Of a stretch of 64,000 bases of DNA, positions 11,498 through 22,143 are shown in pieces. The translations under genes were made by a program, and so were the position numbers. The first letter of the stretch is position 1; each line of letters begins with the position of its first letter. The stretch is from Gammaproteobacteria bacterium (GTDB taxonomy: Bacteria; Pseudomonadota; Gammaproteobacteria; Eutrophobiales; Eutrophobiaceae): positions 1-64,000 of the forward strand of contig OZ250183.1 of assembly GCA_965238225.1 (NCBI GenBank), written 5' to 3'. The notes under the pieces were generated by a model. That model was given only the letters and a program-made list of their open reading frames with translations, searched no databases and was not told the DNA's origin.

Positions 11498-13618
11498 TTA
11501 TATCTTTTTAAGAGATTCTCCCAATATCTTTGGGGTAATAAAGATAAGGAGTTCTCTTCTGTCATTTTGATCTCGGGTTCTTTTAAACAAGCGTCCTACA
11601 ATGGGCAGATCGCCAAAAAGAGGTATTTTATCCGTATCATTCTTATCTACTTGTGAATATACGCCTCCAAGAACTACCGTTTCGCCATTATCTACCATCA
11701 CCTGTGTATTAACGCTTTTTGTGTTGATCGCTGGAACACCTCCAGTAACAACTCCTTGAGTATCCTGATTGACCGTTAAATCAAGCAATACATTATCATT
11801 AGGTGTGATTTGCGGTGTTACCTTCAAAGATAATACCGCCTTTTTAAAGGATACCGTCGTCGCGCCACTAGATGACGCTTCCTGATAGGGAATCTCAACA
11901 CCTTGCTCAATAATCGCCTCACGCTGATTGGTCGTAATGACCCTAGGAGAGGCAATATCTTCGGTACGCCCTTCTGCAAGGGCTGCTGAAAGCTCCAAAC
12001 CCAAAAGCCATGAACCTACCGTGCCAATATTAAAACTTAATGCCCCAGCAGCCCCTATCACTGGTAAATGTACAACATAGTCACTGGGATTGCTCGCCCC
12101 CGCACCTGGTATAACGCCTCCTACTGACCCAGATACACTATCATCCCCCGCTGTGCCACGGGTAATATTACCACTCCCGTCAATGCCAAAACTACCTTCT
12201 CTGCCAACCTTGCTGCCTCCGCGGAGCCGCACGCCCACACTCTTGCTAAAAGTCTCATCTGCATTGACAATTCGTGCTTCTATTAGCACTTGGCGCACTG
12301 GGATATCAAGCTTATCAATCATTTCGCGCAGTCTCTGCAGATTTTCTGATACATCCCGAACAATCAGAGTATTGGTTCTATCATCAATCGTGACACTGCC
12401 GCGCCCAGACAATAAACTATTTTCCTGAGCCTTGATTAAAGTCGCTAAGTCCCCAGCCTTTGCATAATTAATCTGAATAAACTCAGTACGCAACGGCGCA
12501 AGTTCAACAATCTGTTGATTGGCTTCAAGCTCAATTTTTTCGAGTGTGGCAATCTCTGTTTGCGGTGCAATCATAATAACATTATCAACTTGTCTCATAC
12601 CCAGACCTTTTGCCTTCAAAATAATATTCAGCGCCTGATCCCAAGGAATATTTTTTAATCGCAATGTTACTTTGCCAGACACAGTATCACTAAGTACCAC
12701 ATTTAATCCGGTAAAATCAGAGAACAATTGCAGTACTGCGCGCACTTCAATGTCTTGGAAATTCAAAGATAAGCGCTCTCCAGTAAAACCCTCTTCCTCT
12801 TTTTTTCTCCTTTGCCTTTTCTCGTCTAAGGCACGCACCTCAACAACAAATGTATCGTTCGACTGATATGCTAGATGATCGTAGTCCTCAATGGTTGTAG
12901 ATATCACCATCCTAGTTCCGTGACTGTTTGCCTTTGTATCAATCCCCTTGACGGGTGTTGCAAAATCAACGACATTGAGATTTCTATCCAATTTATCAGG
13001 AAGTTCGGCGCCAATAAAATCAAGTATAATATCGCCACCTACTTGATCCATGTTCACGCTCACCGAAGGATCAGATAGGGTAATGATAATCCTGCCTTCG
13101 CCATCATCGCCTCTTCTAAAATCGATATCCTCTACCATAGAATCTGTATCGCTGGCATAATTTTCAGACGAAGAAGACGAAGAAGATGTATCGCCGCCTA
13201 GTGTGAGCGTGACCGTGCTACCTTGAACGTCAATATCATACGGTGCGGATTTAATGAGATTTACTACAATTCGAGTCTTGCCTTCTGCTTCAACTGCAGA
13301 AACACTATGCGCCACACCAATATTTATCAACTGATTCTTGATGGCAGCGCCTATGGTCGTATCTGGAAAATCCAGCGCAATCCTTGCCGGATTATCGATG
13401 GTAAAGCTTGACGGATCATCCTGCATAGGCTCCGATAACCCAATTTGTAATTGAACTCTTTCACCTGGCAAAACGGAATAATTAATACTATCCAGTGTGG
13501 CTGCTTGTGATAGTGAAAAAGCACACACTAAACCAAAAATAGTTATGCTATAACCAAACCAGCTTGTCATCATCTGTACACCTCTAGTATTACTGTTGTT
13601 AATATTATTCGTAGTCAT
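11498..13618 (-). CDS. pilQ: type IV pilus secretin
   Basis: AMIN domains, LSLNFQDIEVR, PWDQAL, QVLIEARIV, secretin C-terminus; last gene of the pilMNOPQ cluster. Confidence 0.96.
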   Translation of the reverse strand: MTTNNINNSNTRGVQMMTSWFGYSITIFGLVCAFSLSQAATLDSINYSVLPGERVQLQIGLSEPMQDDPSSFTIDNPARIALDFPDTTIGAAIKNQLINIGVAHSVSAVEAEGKTRIVVNLIKSAPYDIDVQGSTVTLTLGGDTSSSSSSSENYASDTDSMVEDIDFRRGDDGEGRIIITLSDPSVSVNMDQVGGDIILDFIGAELPDKLDRNLNVVDFATPVKGIDTKANSHGTRMVISTTIEDYDHLAYQSNDTFVVEVRALDEKRQRRKKEEEGFTGERLSLNFQDIEVRAVLQLFSDFTGLNVVLSDTVSGKVTLRLKNIPWDQALNIILKAKGLGMRQVDNVIMIAPQTEIATLEKIELEANQQIVELAPLRTEFIQINYAKAGDLATLIKAQENSLLSGRGSVTIDDRTNTLIVRDVSENLQRLREMIDKLDIPVRQVLIEARIVNADETFSKSVGVRLRGGSKVGREGSFGIDGSGNITRGTAGDDSVSGSVGGVIPGAGASNPSDYVVHLPVIGAAGALSFNIGTVGSWLLGLELSAALAEGRTEDIASPRVITTNQREAIIEQGVEIPYQEASSSGATTVSFKKAVLSLKVTPQITPNDNVLLDLTVNQDTQGVVTGGVPAINTKSVNTQVMVDNGETVVLGGVYSQVDKNDTDKIPLFGDLPIVGRLFKRTRDQNDRRELLIFITPKILGESLKKI

Positions 13619-13664
13619 TATTTATGTACCTCAAATATATACCTCAAAATACCTCAAATTCTAA

Positions 13665-14270
13665 TCATTCTGATTCAACCAGCGCGATTTCCGCCTGACG
13701 TTCTTCCCAGTTACCTTGACCACTCCTAACGATCTCCCTAATTTCTACCTTGTCTTCAAAAACATTCAACACTTTTCCTGTATTACGCCCCATATAATTT
13801 CCAACACGGACTTGATAAACAGCACCATTAGGATCCTGTATAATTCCCCATATAGTGTCTCCATTTTCCATTGTGCCAACCATGAGCAGACTATCTAATT
13901 CAAAATTCTCCAGCTCTTCTTTGCTGCGATGTTTTACCTCAGCTTCCATTTCTTTTGTTAAACCACCTGATGCATCATCCGTTGCTGTTTTTTTCAACAA
14001 CACTACTTTATCGTTCCTATAAAAAAGTCGAAACGGGTCGCGCGCATTTTGCTTTGAAGATTTATAGGTATATGCTTCATAAGGTTTAATCTCAAGCAAG
14101 GGTTCAATCTTGCCTTTTGGCCTCGCCAATACTTCTTCTATGTACTGATCTAAACCACTAGAATCATTCGAAACACATCCGCCCAAAACTAGAAACACAA
14201 AAACGAAGCTTGCTACATAAATGGCTTTCAAACGAAGTAACATCATTTTCATTTTATGATTCTTCCTCAT
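13665..14270 (-). CDS. pilP: type IV pilus lipoprotein PilP
   Basis: Lipobox LGGC, RDPF, LENFELDSL, VGNYMGRN; operon position. Confidence 0.92.
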   Translation of the reverse strand: MRKNHKMKMMLLRLKAIYVASFVFVFLVLGGCVSNDSSGLDQYIEEVLARPKGKIEPLLEIKPYEAYTYKSSKQNARDPFRLFYRNDKVVLLKKTATDDASGGLTKEMEAEVKHRSKEELENFELDSLLMVGTMENGDTIWGIIQDPNGAVYQVRVGNYMGRNTGKVLNVFEDKVEIREIVRSGQGNWEERQAEIALVESE

Positions 14271-14874
14271 CTAACCCTTCCTCGTCTTCATTCAAAGCAC
14301 GGTAAGTCTTGGCTGTTGCTGTCATTATCAACGAACCTTTGCTACTGGCGCTTGCTGCTGCCTTGACGATACCGATGTCGTGGGTTGTTACAATTCTGGG
14401 CAGTGCTGCTATGCCGCTGACAAATTCACCAAACTGATGATATTCACCAGCAACCCGAATAGAAATAGGCAATTCTAAATAAAACTCAGCAAGCTTTTCC
14501 TGGCCAGGCTTGAATAACTCAAAGGTCAATCCTGCTGCAAGTCCTGTTTGAGATATATCAACGATAAGACCCGAGATTTCTGTTTCATCCGGTAACTGTT
14601 TTAGCATGCTACCAAACGACTGCTTCATCTCAGCCAGCTGTTCTAGCAGTTCATCTACGTTAGCCGACTGGTTTTGTTTTCTTTCAAGGGTATTTTTTAA
14701 ATCGACCTCTTCTTGCTGCGCCCTTTCAAATCTTTGTAGTTGTGTAGTTATGGCTTGAGTCCAAAAGAGGTAAAAAATAACAGCACAAGTAAAAAGAATA
14801 ACGACAATTCTTACAGGAAGCGGCCAAGAACCAATATTCTGCGGGTCAAGATTGTTAATTTCGTCTAAGGTCAT
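14254..14874 (-). CDS. pilO: type IV pilus inner membrane protein PilO
   Basis: NIGSWP, QLPDETEI, FYLELPI, LPRIVT. Confidence 0.93.
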   Translation of the reverse strand: MTLDEINNLDPQNIGSWPLPVRIVVILFTCAVIFYLFWTQAITTQLQRFERAQQEEVDLKNTLERKQNQSANVDELLEQLAEMKQSFGSMLKQLPDETEISGLIVDISQTGLAAGLTFELFKPGQEKLAEFYLELPISIRVAGEYHQFGEFVSGIAALPRIVTTHDIGIVKAAASASSKGSLIMTATAKTYRALNEDEEGLDEEES

Positions 14875-15443
14875 GCCTCATCCTCCTCTGCACCAGAAAC
14901 GCTAGGTACCACTTGGCTAAAACGCAAAGTAAAATTACTGACTTGCTTCCCTTCGTCGTCTTTTGTTTCAATCACGTCAAGCTGGGGATTTTCTAACCAC
15001 TCAGATCTTTCCAGTTTTTTCATAAACGATGAAACCCTAGCATTTGATTGAGCCACACCATGAATCGTCACTGCTTCATCTTTCTGAGTCACAGATACAA
15101 GACTGACACCATCGGGTAAGCTAATCACCATTTCATCAAAAAGCCTGACAATCAATGGACGGTTACCCTGTAATTGTTCAATTGCTCCAATGCGCTCTTT
15201 TAATCTTTGTTTTTCTGTTTCGAGACGCTTTACCTCCTCAGTCTGCAGAGTCAAATTAGTAACTGTGTCATTAAGAATAGCAAGTCGTTCCTTCTGATTA
15301 AGAATTTTTTGACCATTAAGAAAGTAAATAAAGCCCACACCGCAAAGCGTCAAAATAACGAACCCTGTTATCACCGTATAAAATTCTTTTTGAAGATCCT
15401 TGCGTAGATCCTCTCTCCATGGCAACAGATTGATTTTAGCCAT
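14871..15443 (-). CDS. pilN: type IV pilus protein PilN
   Basis: MAKINLLPWRE N-terminus, AQSNARVSSFM. Confidence 0.94.
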   Translation of the reverse strand: MAKINLLPWREDLRKDLQKEFYTVITGFVILTLCGVGFIYFLNGQKILNQKERLAILNDTVTNLTLQTEEVKRLETEKQRLKERIGAIEQLQGNRPLIVRLFDEMVISLPDGVSLVSVTQKDEAVTIHGVAQSNARVSSFMKKLERSEWLENPQLDVIETKDDEGKQVSNFTLRFSQVVPSVSGAEEDEA

Positions 15444-16504
15444 TAATCAAAACCCCTCAACGCTAATCCACAAGATACCATCAAAGACGGAGCATCATTA
15501 TTCAACGCCTGAGCAGATACCTTTGATGACAAAGACATATCTGCAAATGGGTTTGCAACAATTGTTGGAACGCCCACTGCTGCCTCAACGATTTCTTCTA
15601 CGCCATCAATAGATGCGCAACCGCCGGCAAGTAGCAAGTGATCAATCTGTACAATTGAACCGGATGAAAAAAAGAACTGTTGTGCACGGTTAATTTGCTG
15701 AGCCATAGCCTCCTTAAATGGCGATAGAACATCCATTTCATAGTCGTCTGGTAAGCCACCTTTCTTTTTAGCTAACCCTGCCTCTTCAAAGGAAAGACCA
15801 TATCGGCGTTGAATATCTTCAGTCAATTGAGCGCCACCAAAAACCTGTTCTCTGGAGTAGACAATTTTTAAGTCTTGCAACACACTAAATGTAGTCACTG
15901 CGGAGCCTACATCAGCCACTGCAATTATTTTATCTTTACCGCCGCCAAATAAACTATCTGCCATCATAGAAACGGTATTTTCCAAGGCGAAAGCTTCAAC
16001 ATCGATAATCTTTGTATCCAACCCTCCCACACCCAGTGCAACGATTCGCAAATCAATATTCTCACTTCTTGATACTGCAAGCAGTACATCTACTTGATCT
16101 TTGCCTCCCTTGGTTGAGCCTAGAATTTCAAAATCCATACTGACTTCCTCAAGTGGGAAGGGAATATATTGATCGGCTTCTACTTGTATTTGATTTACCA
16201 TATCATCATCAGATAGGCCTGCGGGCATAGTGATAACTTTCGTAGTTACAGCAGAGCCAGCAATTGCCGTTACGCCATTTTTGATGCGCGAACCGGATTT
16301 TTTCACAGCCCTGCCGATTGCCTGCCCAACAGCATCAGTGCTAGCAATATTTTTCTCTACAACAGAGTCTGCAGGAAGCGGCTCAACAGAGTAACTTTCA
16401 ACACGATACTTTTTGCCGCGTTTACTCAGTCCGAGCAATTTGACCGCAGTTGCAGTAATATCAATACCTAGAAGTGGTATAGACTTTTTCTTAAATGGAA
16501 ACAA
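15443..16504 (-). CDS. pilM: type IV pilus actin-like protein PilM
   Basis: LGIDI, QYIPFPLEEV, LLAGG, GLALRGFD; TTG start. Confidence 0.94.
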   Translation of the reverse strand: MFPFKKKSIPLLGIDITATAVKLLGLSKRGKKYRVESYSVEPLPADSVVEKNIASTDAVGQAIGRAVKKSGSRIKNGVTAIAGSAVTTKVITMPAGLSDDDMVNQIQVEADQYIPFPLEEVSMDFEILGSTKGGKDQVDVLLAVSRSENIDLRIVALGVGGLDTKIIDVEAFALENTVSMMADSLFGGGKDKIIAVADVGSAVTTFSVLQDLKIVYSREQVFGGAQLTEDIQRRYGLSFEEAGLAKKKGGLPDDYEMDVLSPFKEAMAQQINRAQQFFFSSGSIVQIDHLLLAGGCASIDGVEEIVEAAVGVPTIVANPFADMSLSSKVSAQALNNDAPSLMVSCGLALRGFD

Positions 16505-16709
16505 AATATTTTTCCTTGTACTGTCACAGAGTTATGCGTTAAACATATAAATTACATTAAGTCTTTGTGTGAACTATATCAACAAAAACTTAAAAAACAA
16601 ATAGTTTTTACATTAACCAAAGTATTTACTTTAAAATTGTTTTTTAATCAATTGTTTTTTAATCCGAAAAACCATATATACACGGCGATTTTAAGTTGGA
16701 CTACACAAT

Positions 16710-19151
16710 ATGTTGCGATTTGTGCTCAATCTAATCTTTTCTTTTTTTATATTTGGACTAATATTTATTGTCGGATTGTCTTGGTATTTCCTATCTCAAT
16801 TGCCTGATATAGGTAAATTACAAGATATAAAATTTCAGGTTCCATTGCGGATTTATAGTCAAGATGACTCGCTCATTGCAGAGTTTGGTGAAAAAAGACG
16901 GCGGCCTGTCTCAATAGATGAGGTACCTACTACAATCATACATGCCTTTCTCGCCGCAGAAGATGATCGCTTTTACCAACATTATGGGGTTGACTGGCAA
17001 GGCATCGCGCGTGCAGCTGTACATCTAATTAGAACAGGCAGGAAAACGCAAGGTGGAAGTACAATTACCATGCAGGTTGCTAGGAATTTTTTTCTTAGTC
17101 GTGAAAGAACTTACCTGAGGAAACTAAATGAAATTTTTCTAGCACTTAAAATTGAACGGGAATTATCTAAAGACAAAATATTAGAATTGTATCTGAACAA
17201 GATTTATCTAGGCCATCGCTCCTATGGCATTGCCGCTGCCTCACAAGTATATTACGGTGTCGGCATAGATGAACTTAATTTGGCTCAAATAGCTATGCTT
17301 GCATCCTTGCCAAAAGCACCTTCATCAACAAACCCGGTAAGCAACTCTGCTCGAGCAAAAATCAGACGAGATTACGTTTTACAACGTATGCTTGAGGAGA
17401 ATTTTCTTACAGAAACAGATTATCAAACAGCGGTTAACTCTCCCATCACTGCAAGCCTGCATAATCTCTTTATAGAAACAGAGGCACCCTATGTTGCTGA
17501 AATGGTAAGGAAACAATTGCTTGAACAATATGGTAACAGTGCTTACACAAATGGCTTAGTAGTGACCACAACTATCAAGGACAAGAACCAAGCTGCAGCT
17601 AACCATGCACTGCGAAAAACATTATCCAAATATGACGAGTTCCACGGCTATCGTGGTTCTGAACATCATTATGATTTGCAGACAAGCGATAGTGAAATGG
17701 AATGGCAGCGCCTGCTCGAAAGTTTTCCTATAATCGGCAGCCTGTATCCAGCTCTCATCGTACAGGTCAATGAAGAATCTATCACCGGTTATTTATCAGG
17801 AATCGGCTTGATTGATGTTGAATGGTCTGGACTGTCATGGGCTCACGCTTACCAGAATGAAAATCGAAGAGGTGTAAAACCAAAATCTGCATCTGAGTTT
17901 CTTAAAATAGGTGATGTCATAAGGCTCACTGAAGACAGTGAAAATAACTGGAAGCTTACGCAGATCCCTGAAATAGAAGGTAGCTTCGTTGCAATGAATC
18001 CAAACGATGGCTCAACTTTGGCTCTGACTGGAGGGTTTGACTACCGCCGCAGTAAATTTAACCGTGTCACTCAAGCCTTCAGACAACCAGGCTCAGGATT
18101 TAAGCCTTTCATTTATTCAGCGGCTCTTGCTGCAGGCAATACTGCTGCAACACTTATTAATGATGCGCCAGTCGTATTTGAAACCCCTGGCACTGAAGAT
18201 GTTTGGCGACCAGAAAATTACAGTCATAAAAGTTATGGCCCCACCAGACTACGCGAAGCACTTATACATTCTCGTAATTTGGTGTCGATCAGATTGCTAC
18301 ACAATATTGGTATCCCTTTTGCCTTAGAACACATCAAAAAATTTGGTTTCAACATCAATGAATTGCCAAAAAATTTATCGCTTGCACTCGGCAGTGCAAC
18401 TTTATCTCCTTGGCAAATGGCAAGTGCATATTGCATTTTCGCCAATGGCGGTTATAAAGTTGAACCCTACCTCATTGAGACCATAGCAACAAACGATGGT
18501 GAAATTCTCTATCAAGCCGAACCTGTATCTGTGTGCCAAACATGTATTGAACAAGAGAATTATCCTGTCAATGAATTATCAAGCAACAATTCTCTGGAAG
18601 AAGAATTTCAATCTGAACAATATCCAGTTCAAGCTGCAAAAAAATTAATCTATGCAAAACACATTGTTGATGAACGCAATATATGGATCATGAATTCGAT
18701 CACCCGAGATGTAATCAAGCACGGTACTGGCCGTAAAGCTTTAGCACTAAAACGCCAAGACATGTCAGGTAAGACAGGCACAACTAATGATCAAAGAGAT
18801 GCTTGGTTTTTTGGATATAATGCGGACACTGTTGGTGTGGCGTGGGTAGGCTTCGATAATTTTCGACCACTCGGCAACAAGGAAACTGGAGGGCGTACTG
18901 CATTACCTATCTGGCTTAAGTATATGAAGACCGTATTGGAAGGGACACCCGAACATATCTTACCTGAACCATCAGGACTTGTTCGTGCCCGTATTAATAA
19001 GATAACAGGCAAATTGGCACACCCTAATGACCCTGATGTCATGTTTGAAATCTTCCGCACAGAATATGCACCAACAGACTCAGATAATGAAACTCAGCCG
19101 CCAGCATTTGACAGAGATTCAGAAAATTCAGAAATTATCGACCTTTTTTAA
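16710..19151 (+). CDS. mrcA: penicillin-binding protein 1A
   Basis: Transglycosylase EDDRF/GGSTITMQ; transpeptidase SGFK, SRN, KTG motifs; divergent from pilM. Confidence 0.95.
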   Translation: MLRFVLNLIFSFFIFGLIFIVGLSWYFLSQLPDIGKLQDIKFQVPLRIYSQDDSLIAEFGEKRRRPVSIDEVPTTIIHAFLAAEDDRFYQHYGVDWQGIARAAVHLIRTGRKTQGGSTITMQVARNFFLSRERTYLRKLNEIFLALKIERELSKDKILELYLNKIYLGHRSYGIAAASQVYYGVGIDELNLAQIAMLASLPKAPSSTNPVSNSARAKIRRDYVLQRMLEENFLTETDYQTAVNSPITASLHNLFIETEAPYVAEMVRKQLLEQYGNSAYTNGLVVTTTIKDKNQAAANHALRKTLSKYDEFHGYRGSEHHYDLQTSDSEMEWQRLLESFPIIGSLYPALIVQVNEESITGYLSGIGLIDVEWSGLSWAHAYQNENRRGVKPKSASEFLKIGDVIRLTEDSENNWKLTQIPEIEGSFVAMNPNDGSTLALTGGFDYRRSKFNRVTQAFRQPGSGFKPFIYSAALAAGNTAATLINDAPVVFETPGTEDVWRPENYSHKSYGPTRLREALIHSRNLVSIRLLHNIGIPFALEHIKKFGFNINELPKNLSLALGSATLSPWQMASAYCIFANGGYKVEPYLIETIATNDGEILYQAEPVSVCQTCIEQENYPVNELSSNNSLEEEFQSEQYPVQAAKKLIYAKHIVDERNIWIMNSITRDVIKHGTGRKALALKRQDMSGKTGTTNDQRDAWFFGYNADTVGVAWVGFDNFRPLGNKETGGRTALPIWLKYMKTVLEGTPEHILPEPSGLVRARINKITGKLAHPNDPDVMFEIFRTEYAPTDSDNETQPPAFDRDSENSEIIDLF

Positions 19152-19362
19152 AATTGCAAGTTAGTGCAATATAAGGTTGTCTGCCAGTCAGGTTTTAAGA
19201 AAAAAGCTTGGTATGCCAATATCGAAACCGAATGTTTTTCATCTTTATTGACGAAAAGCCTACATAAATGCACATCAATGTCAAAAAGATGTAATCTTGA
19301 GACAGGCAAGCAGATAAGTTATTACTACACTTTTTGTTACGCATGGGTAATGATCAATCATT

Positions 19363-21606
19363 ATGTTTATTCTTCGCGTTGCACTTAACTCCCCCCTGCG
19401 TAGCCTATTTGACTATCTTCTCCCTGATAATCAACCCGCCTGCTATTTTGCCCCAGGACAAAGACTACAGGTTCCGTTTGGCAAAAGCAGTGTTCGTATT
19501 GGTATCATTATTTCCTTGGCAGACACAACTCAGGTACCAAAACATAAACTGAAAAAAGCTCTGATGCTATTAGATGAAACACCGCTATTCCCAGCGCAGC
19601 ATCTCAAACTTATAGAATGGGCCAGCCATTATTATTGTTACCCCATCGGCAGCACAGTATTTACGTCCATCCCCTCTTCATTACGCAAAGGCAAAGCTGC
19701 AAAAATTAAGCAGGAGATCATCTGGTGTCTAACTGCTCGTGGAAAAATTTATGAGGGAGCATCAAATCCAGATAAACTTTCTCGTGCAAAAAAACAATTG
19801 AAGATATTTCAATTCATAAAAAAACATAAAAATGGCGTATCACATGCACACATAAAAAATGAATTTAAACATACACAAAATCCACTTAACGAACTATTAG
19901 AAAAAAAATTAATTAAAAAAATAGAAGCAACAATAAAAAAACCCAACGAGGCAACTCCTTATAAAAATGATAATGCATGGATTCTAAAACTAAACAAAGA
20001 ACAGAAAAATGCAATAGATAAAATTATTATTTCCTCGAACACTTACCATGCCTTCCTTCTCAATGGTATTACCGGTAGTGGTAAAACTGAAATCTATTTG
20101 CGACTTATTCGACATATATTAGAGGCAGACAAACAGGTGCTTATTTTGACTCCTGAAATCGGGCTCACACCTCAATTCATTGAGTGCTTCAAAGAGAGAT
20201 TTGGAGATAATATCGTTGCTCTACACTCTGGCTTATCCGAAGGTGAGCGATTAACTGCCTGGCTAAAAGCACGCGATGGAATAACATCTGTCGTCCTCGG
20301 AACACGCTCTGCCATTTGGACACCGATGCCAAAATTGGGAATGATTATTATTGACGAAGAACATGACCTTTCCTACAAACAGCAGGATGGCTTACGTTAT
20401 TCAGCAAGGGATATTGCTCTGATACGCGGACAAAGAGAAAAAATTCCTGTAGTTCTTGGGTCAGCAACACCTTCTATGGAGTCAATGAAAAATACCAGAG
20501 ATGGGCGCTACCAGGAACTCTTGTTATCTAAACGAGTTAACAATGCAAAGCTACCTTATATCCAGCTCCATAATATCAGAAATGAAAAAATGCACGGGGC
20601 AATTGCGCAGTATTTATTGAAAAATATCAAACAATGCCTGCATAATAAACAACAAACATTATTATTTCTTAATCGTCGTGGCTACGCGCCAGTTATCATG
20701 TGTCATGACTGTGGTTTTATCTCACAGTGCCCTCGTTGTAATATTTACATAACATTTCATAAACACAAAAATCGATTGTATTGCCATCATTGTGAATACA
20801 ATCAACCCTTACCAGATACATGCCCTAATTGTTCAGGGGACAAAATTATAGAAATTGGCCACGGTACAGAACGATTAGCAGAAACATTGGCAGAACTATT
20901 TCCTGAAGCGAAAATATTAAGAATCGATCGAGACAGCACTCGACGTAAAGGATCCATGAAAAAAATGCTGGATGATATCCATGCGGGTAATGCAGATATT
21001 CTTATAGGCACACAAATGCTGGCCAAAGGTCATCACTTCCCCAAGCTTACGCTGGTTGGAATTATTGATATTGATAATGCTCTTTTCAGTGTCGATTATC
21101 GAGCGAGCGAGCGTATGGCGCAACTTTTGATGCAGGTCAGTGGACGTGCAGGTCGCGGAGATTCTCTGGGGACTGTGATTGTCCAAACCCATTATCCTGA
21201 ACACCCATTACTCAATAAATTAGCACTACATGATTATGCACAATTTACGCAGTTACTACTTGAAGAACGACAACAGACACAGCTACCGCCATTTTCATTT
21301 CAGGTATTGGTACGTGCGGAATCAAACCGACAACAAGATGCTATGAAATTTCTGAATATTGCCAAAACAAGATTACAAATTCTAAGCCAAGGAAAGCTGG
21401 AAATTTACGGCCCAATTTCAGCTCCCATGGAAAAACGAGCAGGGCGTTATCGGCTGCACCTAATGATTCAGGCCGAAGACAGACAGACCATAAAAAATTT
21501 TATAAGTCCTTGGATAGAAGGATCTGACACAGAGAGCCTTGATCAACTTCCTGAGGCACGTAAAGTACGATGGTCTGTGGATGTTGATCCGCAGGACATG
21601 ATTTAA
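19363..21606 (+). CDS. priA: primosomal protein N'
   Basis: GITGSGKT, DEEH, Cys-rich zinc region, QVSGRAGR, DVDP C-terminus. Confidence 0.96.
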   Translation: MFILRVALNSPLRSLFDYLLPDNQPACYFAPGQRLQVPFGKSSVRIGIIISLADTTQVPKHKLKKALMLLDETPLFPAQHLKLIEWASHYYCYPIGSTVFTSIPSSLRKGKAAKIKQEIIWCLTARGKIYEGASNPDKLSRAKKQLKIFQFIKKHKNGVSHAHIKNEFKHTQNPLNELLEKKLIKKIEATIKKPNEATPYKNDNAWILKLNKEQKNAIDKIIISSNTYHAFLLNGITGSGKTEIYLRLIRHILEADKQVLILTPEIGLTPQFIECFKERFGDNIVALHSGLSEGERLTAWLKARDGITSVVLGTRSAIWTPMPKLGMIIIDEEHDLSYKQQDGLRYSARDIALIRGQREKIPVVLGSATPSMESMKNTRDGRYQELLLSKRVNNAKLPYIQLHNIRNEKMHGAIAQYLLKNIKQCLHNKQQTLLFLNRRGYAPVIMCHDCGFISQCPRCNIYITFHKHKNRLYCHHCEYNQPLPDTCPNCSGDKIIEIGHGTERLAETLAELFPEAKILRIDRDSTRRKGSMKKMLDDIHAGNADILIGTQMLAKGHHFPKLTLVGIIDIDNALFSVDYRASERMAQLLMQVSGRAGRGDSLGTVIVQTHYPEHPLLNKLALHDYAQFTQLLLEERQQTQLPPFSFQVLVRAESNRQQDAMKFLNIAKTRLQILSQGKLEIYGPISAPMEKRAGRYRLHLMIQAEDRQTIKNFISPWIEGSDTESLDQLPEARKVRWSVDVDPQDMI

Positions 21607-21762
21607 GCGTAGGGAATTTTATGTTGACTTAAGAATATTAAACTTTGAACATTGATTAGTCAGGCTTACTGCTATAACCCGTGAGAGGCTAAACTCAAAT
21701 GAATACATTGCATCAAAGCGTGTTAAGAGTTAGAAAATTTTAGGCATGAAGGAACATTAGAT

Positions 21763-22023
21763 ATGTATAACAAGCTTTACCCTGTATTGCTAGCGTCCAT
21801 AGCGGCAACTTTCTACCCTCTATATGGAGTAGCTTATGAAACGGCGATAATTAAAGACCTTGCCTCTGTAGGAATTATCCATAATGGTCAGAAAATCACT
21901 ATCATGCGCAATCAAAATGTAATGTTAGATTACCTGAAACGTTCAAGCGATGGCGATCAAACCATCCTTGTTATTGATTCACGCACGCCTCACTGGGTTA
22001 AAAATGGCACAATCTTGGTCTGA
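21763..22023 (+). pseudogene. internally deleted, truncated periplasmic rhodanese-like gene
   Basis: Signal-like N-terminus, HNGQKITIMRNQ joined directly to MLDYLKRSSDGDQTILVIDSRTPHWVKNGTI, stopping before the expected IPGAxNIP and the catalytic domain. Confidence 0.55.
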
Positions 22024-22143
22024 CCGTTGTCAAATAGACAAATCAAAAATCCATCTGATAAGCAAACAACCATCTTCTGCTGGCAAAGCCCTCGCGCTAC
22101 AATGCACAACTTTGCATAGCTTTAAACATCAAGGAGCAAACGA

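Noticed and set aside
19164-19388. 74-aa ORF between mrcA and priA
   Set aside because: No motif, overlaps the priA start, and is probably promoter DNA.
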